DNA of 64,000 nucleotides from assembly GCA_013822015.1 (NCBI GenBank), contig PNJU01000004.1:28685-92684 (forward strand). Direction: 5' to 3'. The position numbers and the translations under genes were made by a program. The stretch is from Candidatus Puniceispirillum sp. (lineage in GTDB: Bacteria > Pseudomonadota > Alphaproteobacteria > Caedimonadales > UBA1908). Positions 29,292 to 38,831 of the stretch are shown one piece after another. The notes beneath the pieces were generated by a model. The model did not search any database. It saw only the letters and a program-made list of their open reading frames with translations, and was not told where the DNA came from. Numbering within the stretch: position 1 is the stretch's first letter; each line of letters begins with the position of its first letter.

Positions 29292-29366
29292 GGGCGCATA
29301 GCTCAGCGGGAGAGCGCTACGTTGACATCGTAGAGGTCGCTGGTTCAATCCCAGTTGCGCCCACCA
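29292..29366 (+). tRNA. tRNA-Val (anticodon GAC)
   Basis: Manual cloverleaf: acceptor GGGCGCA/TGCGCCC, anticodon arm CTACG-TTGACAT-CGTAG, T-loop TTCAATC, encoded CCA. Confidence 0.95.
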
Positions 29367-29389
29367 TTTTTCCACTCGGGAGACAGTCC

Positions 29390-29848
29390 ATGTTCTTGCG
29401 TCTTGTGTGTGTGTGCATGCTCAGTTTTACGAGCGTTTTTGCAAGTTCCCCGTCCGTATCCCTTGAAAAACCCTGGGCCAGGCCCGCAGACATCGGCTAC
29501 AACAGCGCCGTTTACATGGCTCTTGAAAATACAGGAAACGCGTCTGTCGTGATTGTGGGCGCCACCTGTGAAACTTGTAAAAAGGTCGAACTCCACGAGA
29601 CGATAGAGGTAGAGGGCGTGTCCAAAATGATCCCCATGGACGCCGCGCATCCTTGGACGGTGGCGCCCGGTGAGGTGCTCCGCCTTGCGCCTGGGGGCAA
29701 GCATGTGATGCTCATTGGTCTCACCCGCGTACTGGAAAACGGGGAAGAGGTTCTCGTGACACTGCTCACCAAGGATGGGGAAAAGATCGAGGTACGGGCA
29801 ATGATTCAAAAAGGCCCCGGTACTTGCGGGAGTTGCTGCGGCTCGTAA
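29390..29848 (+). CDS. Periplasmic copper chaperone PCu(A)C (DUF461)
   Basis: Signal peptide plus the H-x10/12-M ... M-x21-H-x-M pattern (LHETIEVEGVSKMIPM...GGKHVM). The track ORF starting at 29273 reads through the tRNA. Confidence 0.8.
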   Translation: MFLRLVCVCMLSFTSVFASSPSVSLEKPWARPADIGYNSAVYMALENTGNASVVIVGATCETCKKVELHETIEVEGVSKMIPMDAAHPWTVAPGEVLRLAPGGKHVMLIGLTRVLENGEEVLVTLLTKDGEKIEVRAMIQKGPGTCGSCCGS

Positions 29849-29940
29849 GGGTTTGTTAACAGTTTATTAAGGATTATGTGATCCACTTCTGCGCCCCGGT
29901 ATCCGGGGTTTGCTTGTTTGAGAGTCACCTAGGGCGATTT

Positions 29941-31755
29941 ATGAAATTTTCACAGCGTTTCGTGGACGAGCTACGTCACAGACTGTCCATCGCCCAAGTT
30001 GTGGGGGCGAAGGTCAAGCTTGCGCGCCGTGGCACAGCCGTTAAAGGGTGCTGCCCCTTTCATCAAGAAAAAACACCCTCCTTCCATGTGTATGAAAAGG
30101 ATGGCCATTATCACTGCTTTGGCTGCGGGGCCCATGGGGACGCCATTGATTTCGTGCGCTTAACCCAGAATATCTCCTTCGGGGACGCTGTTGTGGCACT
30201 GGCCCAGGGGGCTGGTATGCCACTGCCCGTGGAAGACCCCCAAGAAACCATTAAAGACACAAAAATGGATGCCCTGCGCGCACTCATGAAAGAAGCATGT
30301 AGCTATTTTCAAGCACAGCTTAAGGCCGGTGAAGGGTGGCGCGCCCGGGAGTATTTGAAGGCCCGCGCCGTTTCCCCTGACATCCAGGTCCGCTTTGCCC
30401 TGGGGTATGCCCCAGAAGGGCCGGGTCTCATGGACCACCTGAAGGCGCGCGGGTTCACTCTTGCTCAGATGAATGAGGCGGGTCTGATCTTAGAGGGTCG
30501 CGCCCCTCGGTCACGTTTTGGTGGACGGGTGATTTTCCCCATTTGGGACAGACAGGGCCGCGTCATTGCCTTTGGTGGCCGTATCCTTGGGGACGGTACG
30601 CCCAAATATCTGAACTCCCCAGAAACACCTCTTTTCCATAAAGGACGCGAGCTTTACGCCCACCCACAGGCTTTTGCCGAGAAAAGTAAAGACGCGCCTC
30701 TTATCGTATGTGAGGGGTACACAGACGCCCTTAGTCTCTATCAGGCAGGCTATACGCGCGTTGTGGCGCCCCTTGGGACAGCACTGACCCCTGAGCAAAT
30801 TGCCCTTTTGTGGCGTATGTCCAGTGAACCCGTTTTGTGCTTTGACGGAGACATGGCCGGCCAAAAGGCGCTCGCGCGCGCCCTTGAGCGCGCCCTGCCC
30901 ATCCTGAAGCCTGGATACTCCTTAGCCTTTGTGAGTCTTCCCAAGGGGGAGGATCCCGCAAGTCTTCTCGAGCGCGGTCAGGGGCGTCTGTTTGAGCAGC
31001 TTCTTGAGGCCAAGAAAACCCTCTCCCAAGCATTCTGGGATGGCTTTGAGGTCCGCCTCAAAGCCGCCAAAACACCTGAGGCGCGTGCCCTGACTGAAAA
31101 AGAGTTCTTTGACACCCTTGCCACCATTGCGGACGAAGGTGTACGGGGGCACTACCGCCAAGAAATGAAGGACCGTCTTTTTACGTGGCAAAGATCCCAC
31201 ACGCGTAAGAAGACAAAGGAGGTGCAACCCACCTCACCCCAGGGTGCACGTGTCCACGCATCCCACATGCGGGCAAAGGCGATTTTGGTGACCTTTATCA
31301 ACCATCCCGCGTGGCTTTTGGATGAGTGTGAGGCGCTCATGACCATAAAGATGCCCACCCCCGCCTTGGAAAGGGTGCGCGAAGAGATTTTAGAGTGGGT
31401 CAGTGTGCAAAAAAAGCTTGACGCGCACGCTTTGAAAGCCCATCTGAAAGAGGGGGGACTCCATGAGGCGATACACGACCTCTTCTCCCGCGATATTTAT
31501 TTGCATGCCCCTTTTGCAAAGACGGCAGCGACCCAGGCGGAAGTAGTGACCGGGTGGCGGGGTCTTCTGGAAAGTTGGCATCTTTTGGAGGAAGGACTTG
31601 GCGAAGTTCTGTCTTGGAAAAACACGCTAAGCACCGATTTGAATCCACACACATGGTCCCAGGTGCGTCGTTTGCGCACCTCCATGGAAAAGCATTATGA
31701 ACAGCTCACACAAGAAGGTGAGCCCAATTTAGAAAGGCTGGAAGGATCAGGATGA
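29941..31755 (+). CDS. dnaG: DNA primase
   Basis: Zinc finger [13 protein letters not shown]...CFGCGAHGD and a TOPRIM domain ([10 protein letters not shown]). ATG at 29941. Overlaps the rpoD start by 4 nt. Confidence 0.93.
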   Translation: MKFSQRFVDELRHRLSIAQVVGAKVKLARRGTAVKGCCPFHQEKTPSFHVYEKDGHYHCFGCGAHGDAIDFVRLTQNISFGDAVVALAQGAGMPLPVEDPQETIKDTKMDALRALMKEACSYFQAQLKAGEGWRAREYLKARAVSPDIQVRFALGYAPEGPGLMDHLKARGFTLAQMNEAGLILEGRAPRSRFGGRVIFPIWDRQGRVIAFGGRILGDGTPKYLNSPETPLFHKGRELYAHPQAFAEKSKDAPLIVCEGYTDALSLYQAGYTRVVAPLGTALTPEQIALLWRMSSEPVLCFDGDMAGQKALARALERALPILKPGYSLAFVSLPKGEDPASLLERGQGRLFEQLLEAKKTLSQAFWDGFEVRLKAAKTPEARALTEKEFFDTLATIADEGVRGHYRQEMKDRLFTWQRSHTRKKTKEVQPTSPQGARVHASHMRAKAILVTFINHPAWLLDECEALMTIKMPTPALERVREEILEWVSVQKKLDAHALKAHLKEGGLHEAIHDLFSRDIYLHAPFAKTAATQAEVVTGWRGLLESWHLLEEGLGEVLSWKNTLSTDLNPHTWSQVRRLRTSMEKHYEQLTQEGEPNLERLEGSG

Positions 31756-33773
31756 CCACCGTACCCTCAAAAAAAACAGACGCCCCTGAAGAACAAGGTG
31801 AGACCCTTGCCAAAAAAAGAGGAGATCTTAAGCAAGTTCTTAAGAAGCTGATGGACCGCGGTAAGGAGCGGGGATACCTTACCTACGACGAGCTCAATGA
31901 CGCGCTGCCCCAAGATCAAATGTCTTCAGAGCAAATCGAGGACGCCATGGCCGTGATTACGGACATGGGCATTGACATTGTGGACGCTGAAGAAGAGGCG
32001 GAAAGCCCCTCGGAGCTTGGCGTGGAGGAGATCGGCGCCGAGACTGAAGAATCCGACAGCGGCAACTTGCGCGACGAGGATGGATCGGGGCGCACGGACG
32101 ACCCTGTGCGTCTTTACCTGCGCGAAATGGGCCGCGTTGAGCTTTTGTCCCGTGAAGGGGAAATCAAGATCGCTAAGCGCATCGAGCAAGGGCGCATGGA
32201 GATGATTGAAGCCATTTGCGAAAGCCCCTTGACCATTCGTGCCATTATTAACTGGCGCGATCAAATCCTTGAAGACCAAATTTTGCTGCGTGACGTTGTG
32301 GATTTGGAAGACATGCACGCGGCTGCCAACTTTGACGGTGAAGAAGGAGACGAGGACGTTGTGGGGGAGATCTCCCTAGACGTGCCGGCAGCTCCCGCGC
32401 CAAAGGAAGAAAAAGAGGAAAAAGCCGCAAAGGACGATAAGGAAGAAAAGGTAGAAGGCGCGCCGGAAGAGGAAGAAGGCGTCGAGGAAGATGAGGATGA
32501 CACTGGTCAGTCTTTGGCTGCCCTTGAGGAAAGCTTGAAGCCTCAGATCCTTGAGACCTTTGAGCTCATCGCCCAGACCTATGCTCAGTTCCATGACCTG
32601 CAAGTGGCCCGCCTTAAGGACTCCCATGAGGGACGTTCGCCCACTAAGGACGCGGACAAGAAGTTTAAGGCCCTCAAAGAAGCCCTCGTTGAGCTTATGA
32701 GCAGTGTGCGCCTTAATAGCTACCGCATCGATATTTTGGTTGAAGATCTTTATAACTTGAACCGAAAGCTTGTGGGCTTAGAAGGCAAGCTTTTGCGCCT
32801 GGCCCAAGACAGCGGCATCAAGCGCGAAGAATTCCTGAAGTCTTATTTCGGTCAAGAGCTCAGCCCAGACTGGCTTGAGCATGTGGCCAAAAACACGGCC
32901 AAAGGTTGGACGAACTTTATTGAAAAGCATAGCTTAGAAGTCATTACTCTGCGCGAGCGTATTGCCGAAATCTCTGTGGAGTCCGGGCTTAATATCGCAG
33001 AGTTCCGCCGTATTGTGACGGCTGTGCAAAAGGGTGATCGCACGTCCGCTAAGGCCAAGAAAGAGATGATTGAGGCAAACCTGCGCCTTGTGATTTCCAT
33101 TGCCAAGAAGTACACAAACCGTGGTCTGCAGTTCCTTGACCTCATTCAAGAGGGTAACATTGGCTTAATGAAGGCCGTGGATAAGTTTGAGTACCGTCGT
33201 GGTTATAAGTTCTCCACCTATGCCACATGGTGGATTCGTCAGGCCATTACGCGCTCTATCGCGGACCAGGCGCGCACCATTCGTATTCCTGTGCACATGA
33301 TTGAGACCATTAACAAACTTGTGCGTACGTCCCGTCAGATGCTCCATGAGATTGGCCGGGAGCCAACCCCTGAGGAGCTGTCTAAAAAGCTTCTCATGCC
33401 CATTGATAAGGTGCGTAAGGTTTTGAAGATCGCCAAGGAGCCCATTAGCCTCGAGACCCCCATTGGGGATGAGGAAGATGGGTCACTGGGCGACTTTATT
33501 GAGGATAAGAACGCGGTCCAGCCCCTTGAGTCTGCTGTAAACGCGAACCTGCGTGAGACCACAACACGTGTCCTTGCGAGTCTCACACCCCGTGAGGAGC
33601 GCGTTCTGCGTATGCGTTTTGGTATTGGGATGAATACGGACCACACCTTGGAAGAGGTGGGTCAACAGTTCTCCGTCACACGTGAGCGTATTCGTCAGAT
33701 TGAGGCTAAGGCTCTTCGTAAACTCAAGCATCCGAGCCGCTCACGCAAGCTGCGTAGCTTCTTGGATAACTAG
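31752..33773 (+). CDS. rpoD: RNA polymerase sigma factor RpoD (sigma-70)
   Basis: 673 aa with an acidic region 1, region 2 ([17 protein letters not shown]), and region 4 ([20 protein letters not shown]). Confidence 0.97.
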   Translation: MTTVPSKKTDAPEEQGETLAKKRGDLKQVLKKLMDRGKERGYLTYDELNDALPQDQMSSEQIEDAMAVITDMGIDIVDAEEEAESPSELGVEEIGAETEESDSGNLRDEDGSGRTDDPVRLYLREMGRVELLSREGEIKIAKRIEQGRMEMIEAICESPLTIRAIINWRDQILEDQILLRDVVDLEDMHAAANFDGEEGDEDVVGEISLDVPAAPAPKEEKEEKAAKDDKEEKVEGAPEEEEGVEEDEDDTGQSLAALEESLKPQILETFELIAQTYAQFHDLQVARLKDSHEGRSPTKDADKKFKALKEALVELMSSVRLNSYRIDILVEDLYNLNRKLVGLEGKLLRLAQDSGIKREEFLKSYFGQELSPDWLEHVAKNTAKGWTNFIEKHSLEVITLRERIAEISVESGLNIAEFRRIVTAVQKGDRTSAKAKKEMIEANLRLVISIAKKYTNRGLQFLDLIQEGNIGLMKAVDKFEYRRGYKFSTYATWWIRQAITRSIADQARTIRIPVHMIETINKLVRTSRQMLHEIGREPTPEELSKKLLMPIDKVRKVLKIAKEPISLETPIGDEEDGSLGDFIEDKNAVQPLESAVNANLRETTTRVLASLTPREERVLRMRFGIGMNTDHTLEEVGQQFSVTRERIRQIEAKALRKLKHPSRSRKLRSFLDN

Positions 33774-33792
33774 GCGTACTGCCTTCAAGAAT

Positions 33793-33825
33793 AAAAAAGC
33801 CCTGAAGAGATTCAGGGCTTTTTTT
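33793..33825. terminator. Bidirectional rho-independent terminator between rpoD and the M48 peptidase gene
   Basis: A-run, then AGCCCTGAA / GAGA / TTCAGGGCT, then a run of 7 T. Confidence 0.75.
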
Positions 33826-33844
33826 ATATGAAACAAACATTAAA

Positions 33845-35218
33845 TCAGTTGTCTTCGCGCAGGCGTCCCGATTTCTTAAGTTCATTCTCGGCCATGTTGC
33901 GGATGTCGCTGGCGCGCAGGCGTGCTTCTTTGGATTTGAGGGACTTAAGCGCGCGTCCCGCCTGATCATAGGCTGCTTGGTACTGCTCCACGCACACGGC
34001 TTCTTCCGCCAAGCACAGGGCCGCCATGGCGGTGTTGTGTTGTTTTCCGTAAGCCACCGCCAAAAGGCGCCAGGCAAAGGGATTATCGGGCTCCAGGAGC
34101 AAAGACCTCTCAAGGTGCTTCTGGGCTTCTGGGTAATGATTGGATGCCCCTTCTAACATCGCTTGGGCGCATAGCATGCGCAGGAGTGCGTCCTTGGGGC
34201 GCAGGGACACGGCCTGGCCATAGGCATGGACGGCTTGCTCGATGTGCCCACTCTCAAAGGCAATTTGCCCCTCCAGATCCCAGTAAGCTGCGTCCCTTGG
34301 GTGGGCACTTGTTAGCGTCCTGGCAAGGCCGAGGGCTTCACTGCCGCGCCCGATTAAGAAGAGGGCAGTTGCGCGCATAAAACGCCCTTTATCGGAATCA
34401 TCCCGGGCGTAGGTGCGCAGGGTTGTCTCGGGCGAATCAATAAAAGCATGGAGCTTCATGCGCATGCGCTCAAAATTCTCCTCAAAGCTGGGGGGGAGTG
34501 CACCGTCTGGGTGGTCGATGGTTGCGCGCTCAAGCAGGGCCACACGGTCCTGGGACAAGGGGTGAGAGCGGCTGTAGGGGTCTTGTTGCGCGCTTGACAA
34601 AAGCTCCTGGCTGGCCAGCACCTTCATGAAGGACTGCAGCCCTTCCACAGGCCAATGGAGGCGCGTGAGGAAGCGCACAGCTGCCTGGTCCGCAGACGCC
34701 TCTTGGCCCCGGGAGTAATGCATCATGGCGTTTTCAGCCATTTGCATGCCGCCCGTCAGGATTCCGGCGCCCGCATCCCCGCCACCAGCGGCAATGGCGG
34801 CCCCACCCAAAAGGGCCGTGGCCATGGCAATGGCCGTGGCTTTTTTCATCATTTCCTCACGGCGCGCGATGTGCCCGGCGGCAATGTGACCCGTTTCGTG
34901 GGCCAAAACACCTATGAGCTCGCGGGCATCCTTCGCGCGCAAGATAAGGCCGGTGTTTACAAAGATGCTGTAGCGGGTGGTTGCAAAGGCGTTGAGTTCT
35001 GGATCCAGGATCACGTAAAGGTGCATTTTTTCCGGATCAAGGCCAGCTGCTTCAAAAAGGGGAGCGGCAAAATCATGGAGGGCGGCCTCCACCTGGCTGT
35101 CACGGATGAGGGAGCCGGTTTTCAGGCCTCTGGCATGTGTTGGGGCGGCACCCCAAAGGAGCACCGCCGCCAAAAAGGCACTTGTGTAACGCGCTAGTCG
35201 AGCAACCTTTTCCACCAT
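33845..35218 (-). CDS. M48-family metallopeptidase with TPR repeats (BepA/LoiP-like)
   Basis: 457 aa with a signal peptide, HETGHIAAGH (HExxH), and C-terminal TPR-like repeats. Confidence 0.85.
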   Translation of the reverse strand: MVEKVARLARYTSAFLAAVLLWGAAPTHARGLKTGSLIRDSQVEAALHDFAAPLFEAAGLDPEKMHLYVILDPELNAFATTRYSIFVNTGLILRAKDARELIGVLAHETGHIAAGHIARREEMMKKATAIAMATALLGGAAIAAGGGDAGAGILTGGMQMAENAMMHYSRGQEASADQAAVRFLTRLHWPVEGLQSFMKVLASQELLSSAQQDPYSRSHPLSQDRVALLERATIDHPDGALPPSFEENFERMRMKLHAFIDSPETTLRTYARDDSDKGRFMRATALFLIGRGSEALGLARTLTSAHPRDAAYWDLEGQIAFESGHIEQAVHAYGQAVSLRPKDALLRMLCAQAMLEGASNHYPEAQKHLERSLLLEPDNPFAWRLLAVAYGKQHNTAMAALCLAEEAVCVEQYQAAYDQAGRALKSLKSKEARLRASDIRNMAENELKKSGRLREDN

Positions 35219-37422
35219 GTTTTTTCCTTATCTTGTTCTTCTCTTGCCTGGGCGTCTTCATGGAAGACAGGAGAGTTGGGGTCAAAGGAGGCCGCAATGG
35301 TCGTGCTTGGGAAAGCAGGCCCTGAATCTTGGGAGGCCAAAACCGAGGACTGAGTCGTCTCTTGTCCCTCGGACGCCGCCCCACCTTGGTCAGGTGTATC
35401 TTGGCGGTTCTTATCCCTGTTACGACGATTGGCACGCCTGCGCATACGACGCTTGCGGGACTCAGAAGGCGACTGAGAGGCGTCTGTCCCCTCCTGTGTC
35501 ACCTGAGGGGTGTCAGCACCTTCTGCCTCAACTTTCTTCTGCGCAGGCTCAGCGCGTGGAGCGTCTTCGCGGGGTGTGTCTTGGCGTTCGCGGGGTTCTT
35601 TGTCACCTGGGCCCTTGCGATCACGCCTGCGTTTGTTACCGCGCTCTGGGCGAGGCTCCTTAGGCTCACGGGGCTGTGGCTTGGCTTCTTTAGGCTCCTC
35701 ACGTTCTTCACGATCTTCTCGCTTTGGTGGTGCCGGCTCTTCCTTTGGCGCAACCTCAAGGGCGCCACTAGGGGAGGGCACCAATACCGAGACAGAGCAC
35801 GCATGGGACTGGGGTCCTGCCTCTTCAAAGACAACGCGAATGCCGTGGCGTGTCTCCACATCCAAAAGGGCGTGGCGCTTTTGGTTCATGACATAAAGAA
35901 GCACCTCGTGGGGGAGCTTCAATGCCAGGGTGGCGCCCGGATTGCGTAGTCCCGCGTCCTCCAAAATGCGCAGGGCGCTCAGTGCCAGAGACTCCGTTGA
36001 GCGAATGTAGCCCGTTGCCTGACAGTGTGGGCAAGGGTGGGCGCTTGTCTCCAAAAGGCTTGGCGCCAGGCGTTGCCTCGACATTTCCATCAGACCAAAG
36101 GGGCTGATGCGCCCCATTTGAATACGGGCCCGGTCATCACGGAACGCTTCGCGCAGGCGCCTTTCCACGGCCGCAACGTTGCGTGGTTCGTCCATATCGA
36201 TGAAGTCGATGACGATGAGGCCCGCCAAATCACGCAGGCGTACCTGTCTTGCAATTTCCGTGGCAGCCTCAAGGTTGGTCTTGGTGGCTGTTTCCTCAAT
36301 GTGGCGCTCACGCGTGGCGCGCCCAGAGTTAATATCAATGGATACAAGAGCTTCCGTTGGGTGAAGCACAATGGATCCACCCGATGGGAGACGCACCTCC
36401 GCCTCATACATATCATCAATTTGCTTTTCCACGCCGTATTCATGGAAGAGAAGGGCGCGATCGCTCTTATAGCGCTGAACACGCTTGCTGTGGCTGGGCA
36501 TCAAGGACTTCATGAAATCCTTTGCGGTCTTATAGCCCTCCTCGCCGCTGACAAGCACTTGCTCAACGTCCTTGGAGTAAAGGTCGCGCACGGCGCGCTT
36601 GACAATGTCGTCTTCGCTGTGGACCAGGCTTGGGGCAATGGAGGTAATGGTCTTCTCGCGAATGCTGTCCCACAGGCGCATGAGATATTGACCGTCACGC
36701 TTGAGCTCAGCGCGCGTGCGCTCACGCCCTGCGGTGCGGATAATGAGCCCCATGCCATCGGGCACATTGAAAGCCTCAAGGATCTGGCGCAGCCGCTTGC
36801 GATCGGCTGGATTCGAGATCTTGCGGGAAATCCCACCACTGCGGGGAGAGTTGGGCATGAGCACACAGTAACGACCAGCCAAAGACAGATAAGTCGTGAG
36901 CGCCGCACCCTTGTTGCCACGTTCTTCCTTCACCACTTGCACAAGGATGATTTGGTTTTTCTGGACCACTTCCTGGATTTTATAGCGGCGGTGCAAAGAG
37001 GGGCGTTTGACGGTATCTTCTTCCTCATCGTCAGATGGGGGCAGATCTCCGCCAAGGGATGACACACCTTCGTCATCGGAAGGCGCTGCGTGTGCGGCCT
37101 TGTCCTCATCGTCCTCGTCAAGGACATCGGACGGGGCGGCAAGCTCAGCTTTTAAAGCTTCGCGGTCCGCAACGGGAATACGAAAGTAATCGGGATGGAT
37201 TTCACCAAAGGCCAAAAAGCCGTGGCGCCCCCCGCCATAATCCACGAATGCCGCCTGGAGGGACGGCTCAACGCGCATGATTTTCGCGAGGTAAATATTA
37301 CCCTTAACGGTTTCCTTTGTGGAGCTCTTGAATTCATAATCAACAAGTAGCCCCTTCTCATCAAGCAACGCAACCCGTGTTTCTTCGGGATGCACCGCAT
37401 CGATTAACATTTTCTTTGACAT
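35194..37422 (-). CDS. rne: Ribonuclease E
   Basis: 742 aa with an N-terminal S1/catalytic domain (MLIDAVHPEETRVALLD...) and a low-complexity Arg/Glu/Pro-rich C-terminal half. Confidence 0.93.
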   Translation of the reverse strand: MSKKMLIDAVHPEETRVALLDEKGLLVDYEFKSSTKETVKGNIYLAKIMRVEPSLQAAFVDYGGGRHGFLAFGEIHPDYFRIPVADREALKAELAAPSDVLDEDDEDKAAHAAPSDDEGVSSLGGDLPPSDDEEEDTVKRPSLHRRYKIQEVVQKNQIILVQVVKEERGNKGAALTTYLSLAGRYCVLMPNSPRSGGISRKISNPADRKRLRQILEAFNVPDGMGLIIRTAGRERTRAELKRDGQYLMRLWDSIREKTITSIAPSLVHSEDDIVKRAVRDLYSKDVEQVLVSGEEGYKTAKDFMKSLMPSHSKRVQRYKSDRALLFHEYGVEKQIDDMYEAEVRLPSGGSIVLHPTEALVSIDINSGRATRERHIEETATKTNLEAATEIARQVRLRDLAGLIVIDFIDMDEPRNVAAVERRLREAFRDDRARIQMGRISPFGLMEMSRQRLAPSLLETSAHPCPHCQATGYIRSTESLALSALRILEDAGLRNPGATLALKLPHEVLLYVMNQKRHALLDVETRHGIRVVFEEAGPQSHACSVSVLVPSPSGALEVAPKEEPAPPKREDREEREEPKEAKPQPREPKEPRPERGNKRRRDRKGPGDKEPRERQDTPREDAPRAEPAQKKVEAEGADTPQVTQEGTDASQSPSESRKRRMRRRANRRNRDKNRQDTPDQGGAASEGQETTQSSVLASQDSGPAFPSTTIAASFDPNSPVFHEDAQAREEQDKEKTWWKRLLD

Positions 37423-37784
37423 AACAACTCCCCATGCCCTTGAGAGGCATACTTAAATCAAGGAGTTATGAGAGGCCTTTCTTTTTCTCTGTTTGCCGCG
37501 CAGGAGGCGCAACATCACCCATGCAGGCGCGCAATGAAGCACGCGCTCGGCGTGAAAGCCAAGTCCAGGGTGAATCGCACCATGTTACGTCCAGTTTAAA
37601 AGACATCACAACTCTTACCAAAACACGCACACGAAGGGCTAAAAAACGCCTAAGTGCTTGTGGTTAAACTTCTACTTCTCCAGGGTACACAGATATGGCG
37701 CGAGAGACAATCCCTTTTAATAATTTCTTAAGACACTGGAAAGGAATTGACGGGTTCTTTTTTGTGAATTAATATGCGCGCCCT

Positions 37785-38831
37785 TTAAGCGATATCGCTG
37801 TTGAAAATGTGAAGACTGACCTGGTCATCATCATGGGTAAAGGGGTGCACCTTGAGCCATGAGGTCCACCCAAGGGTTGTCTTGGCCCCTATTTTTGTTT
37901 TTTCCACGTCGCTGGCGCGCATGACAAGGCGGATATCAAAGCTGTGCTCGGTCCCAAGATAAAAGCGGATCAGCTCACACAGGGCCGTGAAGGCTCCTCC
38001 ACCGTCGGGCAGAAATGCCCGAAAACGTTTGTCATCCAAAGGACCCAGCTGCACACTGATGCGACTACGTGTGTCCCAGAACTTATCCCCGATGGAGGCG
38101 TCTTCTCCCAGGGTTTGAAAACGTCCCGCGCGCCCAATGCAGGTTTGCTCTTCCTCGGGTATGCTAAGCCACTGTCCACAAAAGGGCGTGACACTCACGG
38201 GGACATTAAAATAGTGGGAGAGGAAAATCTCAAGACCAGATGTTGAGCGCGGAGATTTCCACAAAAGGCCCGCGTAGTACAAAAGACCGCGATCGGGCAC
38301 GCTCATGCGATCTCTAAAAGCGTCCCCCCCAATACCCAAAAATGAAAAAAGAATCTGGGCAAAGGCCGTTTTATCAGGGGGGTCCGTTGCAAGACCTACC
38401 CAGTATTTTTTACGGATACGGTGAAATATGGATAAAAGGCGATGGTTGAAGATGTCGAGAAAGTCGCGAAAAGCTGTGTCGCCTGAGCGTGCGCGCTCCA
38501 TGAGAAGCTCAGAAAAAGGCATGGGCAGGGGGCCGTTCGGGCCCGCAAGTCCTAAAAAGTTGATACTCATCTGACAGGGGTATTGGCGGTCCTTGCTTAA
38601 AGGAGGTGTGAGGGAAAAAAGGTCGCTGGGAGGATAGGAGTGGGACACGCGTGCGCTGATGGATAAGGCCTCATTCTCGGGAACAGCATCTCGCCCAAGC
38701 TCTGTCGCCTTAGGAAAGGCAAGCTCGACCAGCTTCACCGCCTGGTGAAATTCAAAATAATAACTGGTCGCAAACAGCTCCTCAATTACACAAGGACGCG
38801 GTTTCCGGCTGTGGGCTTCCATGTTTTCCAC
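37785..38831 (-). CDS. tssG: Type VI secretion system baseplate subunit TssG (ImpH/VasB)
   Basis: 348 aa with a TssG-like N-terminus (FEFHQAVKLVE...VPENEALSISARVSHSYPPSD). Overlaps the tssF 3-prime end, as in canonical clusters. Confidence 0.85.
   Translation of the reverse strand: MENMEAHSRKPRPCVIEELFATSYYFEFHQAVKLVELAFPKATELGRDAVPENEALSISARVSHSYPPSDLFSLTPPLSKDRQYPCQMSINFLGLAGPNGPLPMPFSELLMERARSGDTAFRDFLDIFNHRLLSIFHRIRKKYWVGLATDPPDKTAFAQILFSFLGIGGDAFRDRMSVPDRGLLYYAGLLWKSPRSTSGLEIFLSHYFNVPVSVTPFCGQWLSIPEEEQTCIGRAGRFQTLGEDASIGDKFWDTRSRISVQLGPLDDKRFRAFLPDGGGAFTALCELIRFYLGTEHSFDIRLVMRASDVEKTKIGAKTTLGWTSWLKVHPFTHDDDQVSLHIFNSDIA

Noticed and set aside
29273-29389. Upstream part of the 191-aa ORF
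   Set aside because: It reads straight through tRNA-Val (29292-29366). The real PCuAC CDS starts at 29390, behind its own ribosome-binding site.
35230-35800. Repetitive-looking DNA in the rne 3-prime half (and 32380-32510 in rpoD)
   Set aside because: These are low-complexity codon runs encoding the Arg/Glu/Pro-rich RNase E scaffold and the acidic sigma-70 region 1.1/1.2 spacer. They are not independent repeat elements.
36025-37062. 345-aa ORF on the + strand
   Set aside because: It is antisense to the catalytic domain of rne and has no recognisable motifs. Shadow ORF.
37748-37776. Near-consensus promoter on the + strand (TTGACG-17 nt-TAATAT) pointing into the 3-prime end of tssG
   Set aside because: There is no downstream + strand ORF or recognisable RNA. 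It could be a chance match in AT-rich spacer or an antisense promoter, and the sequence alone cannot support it.
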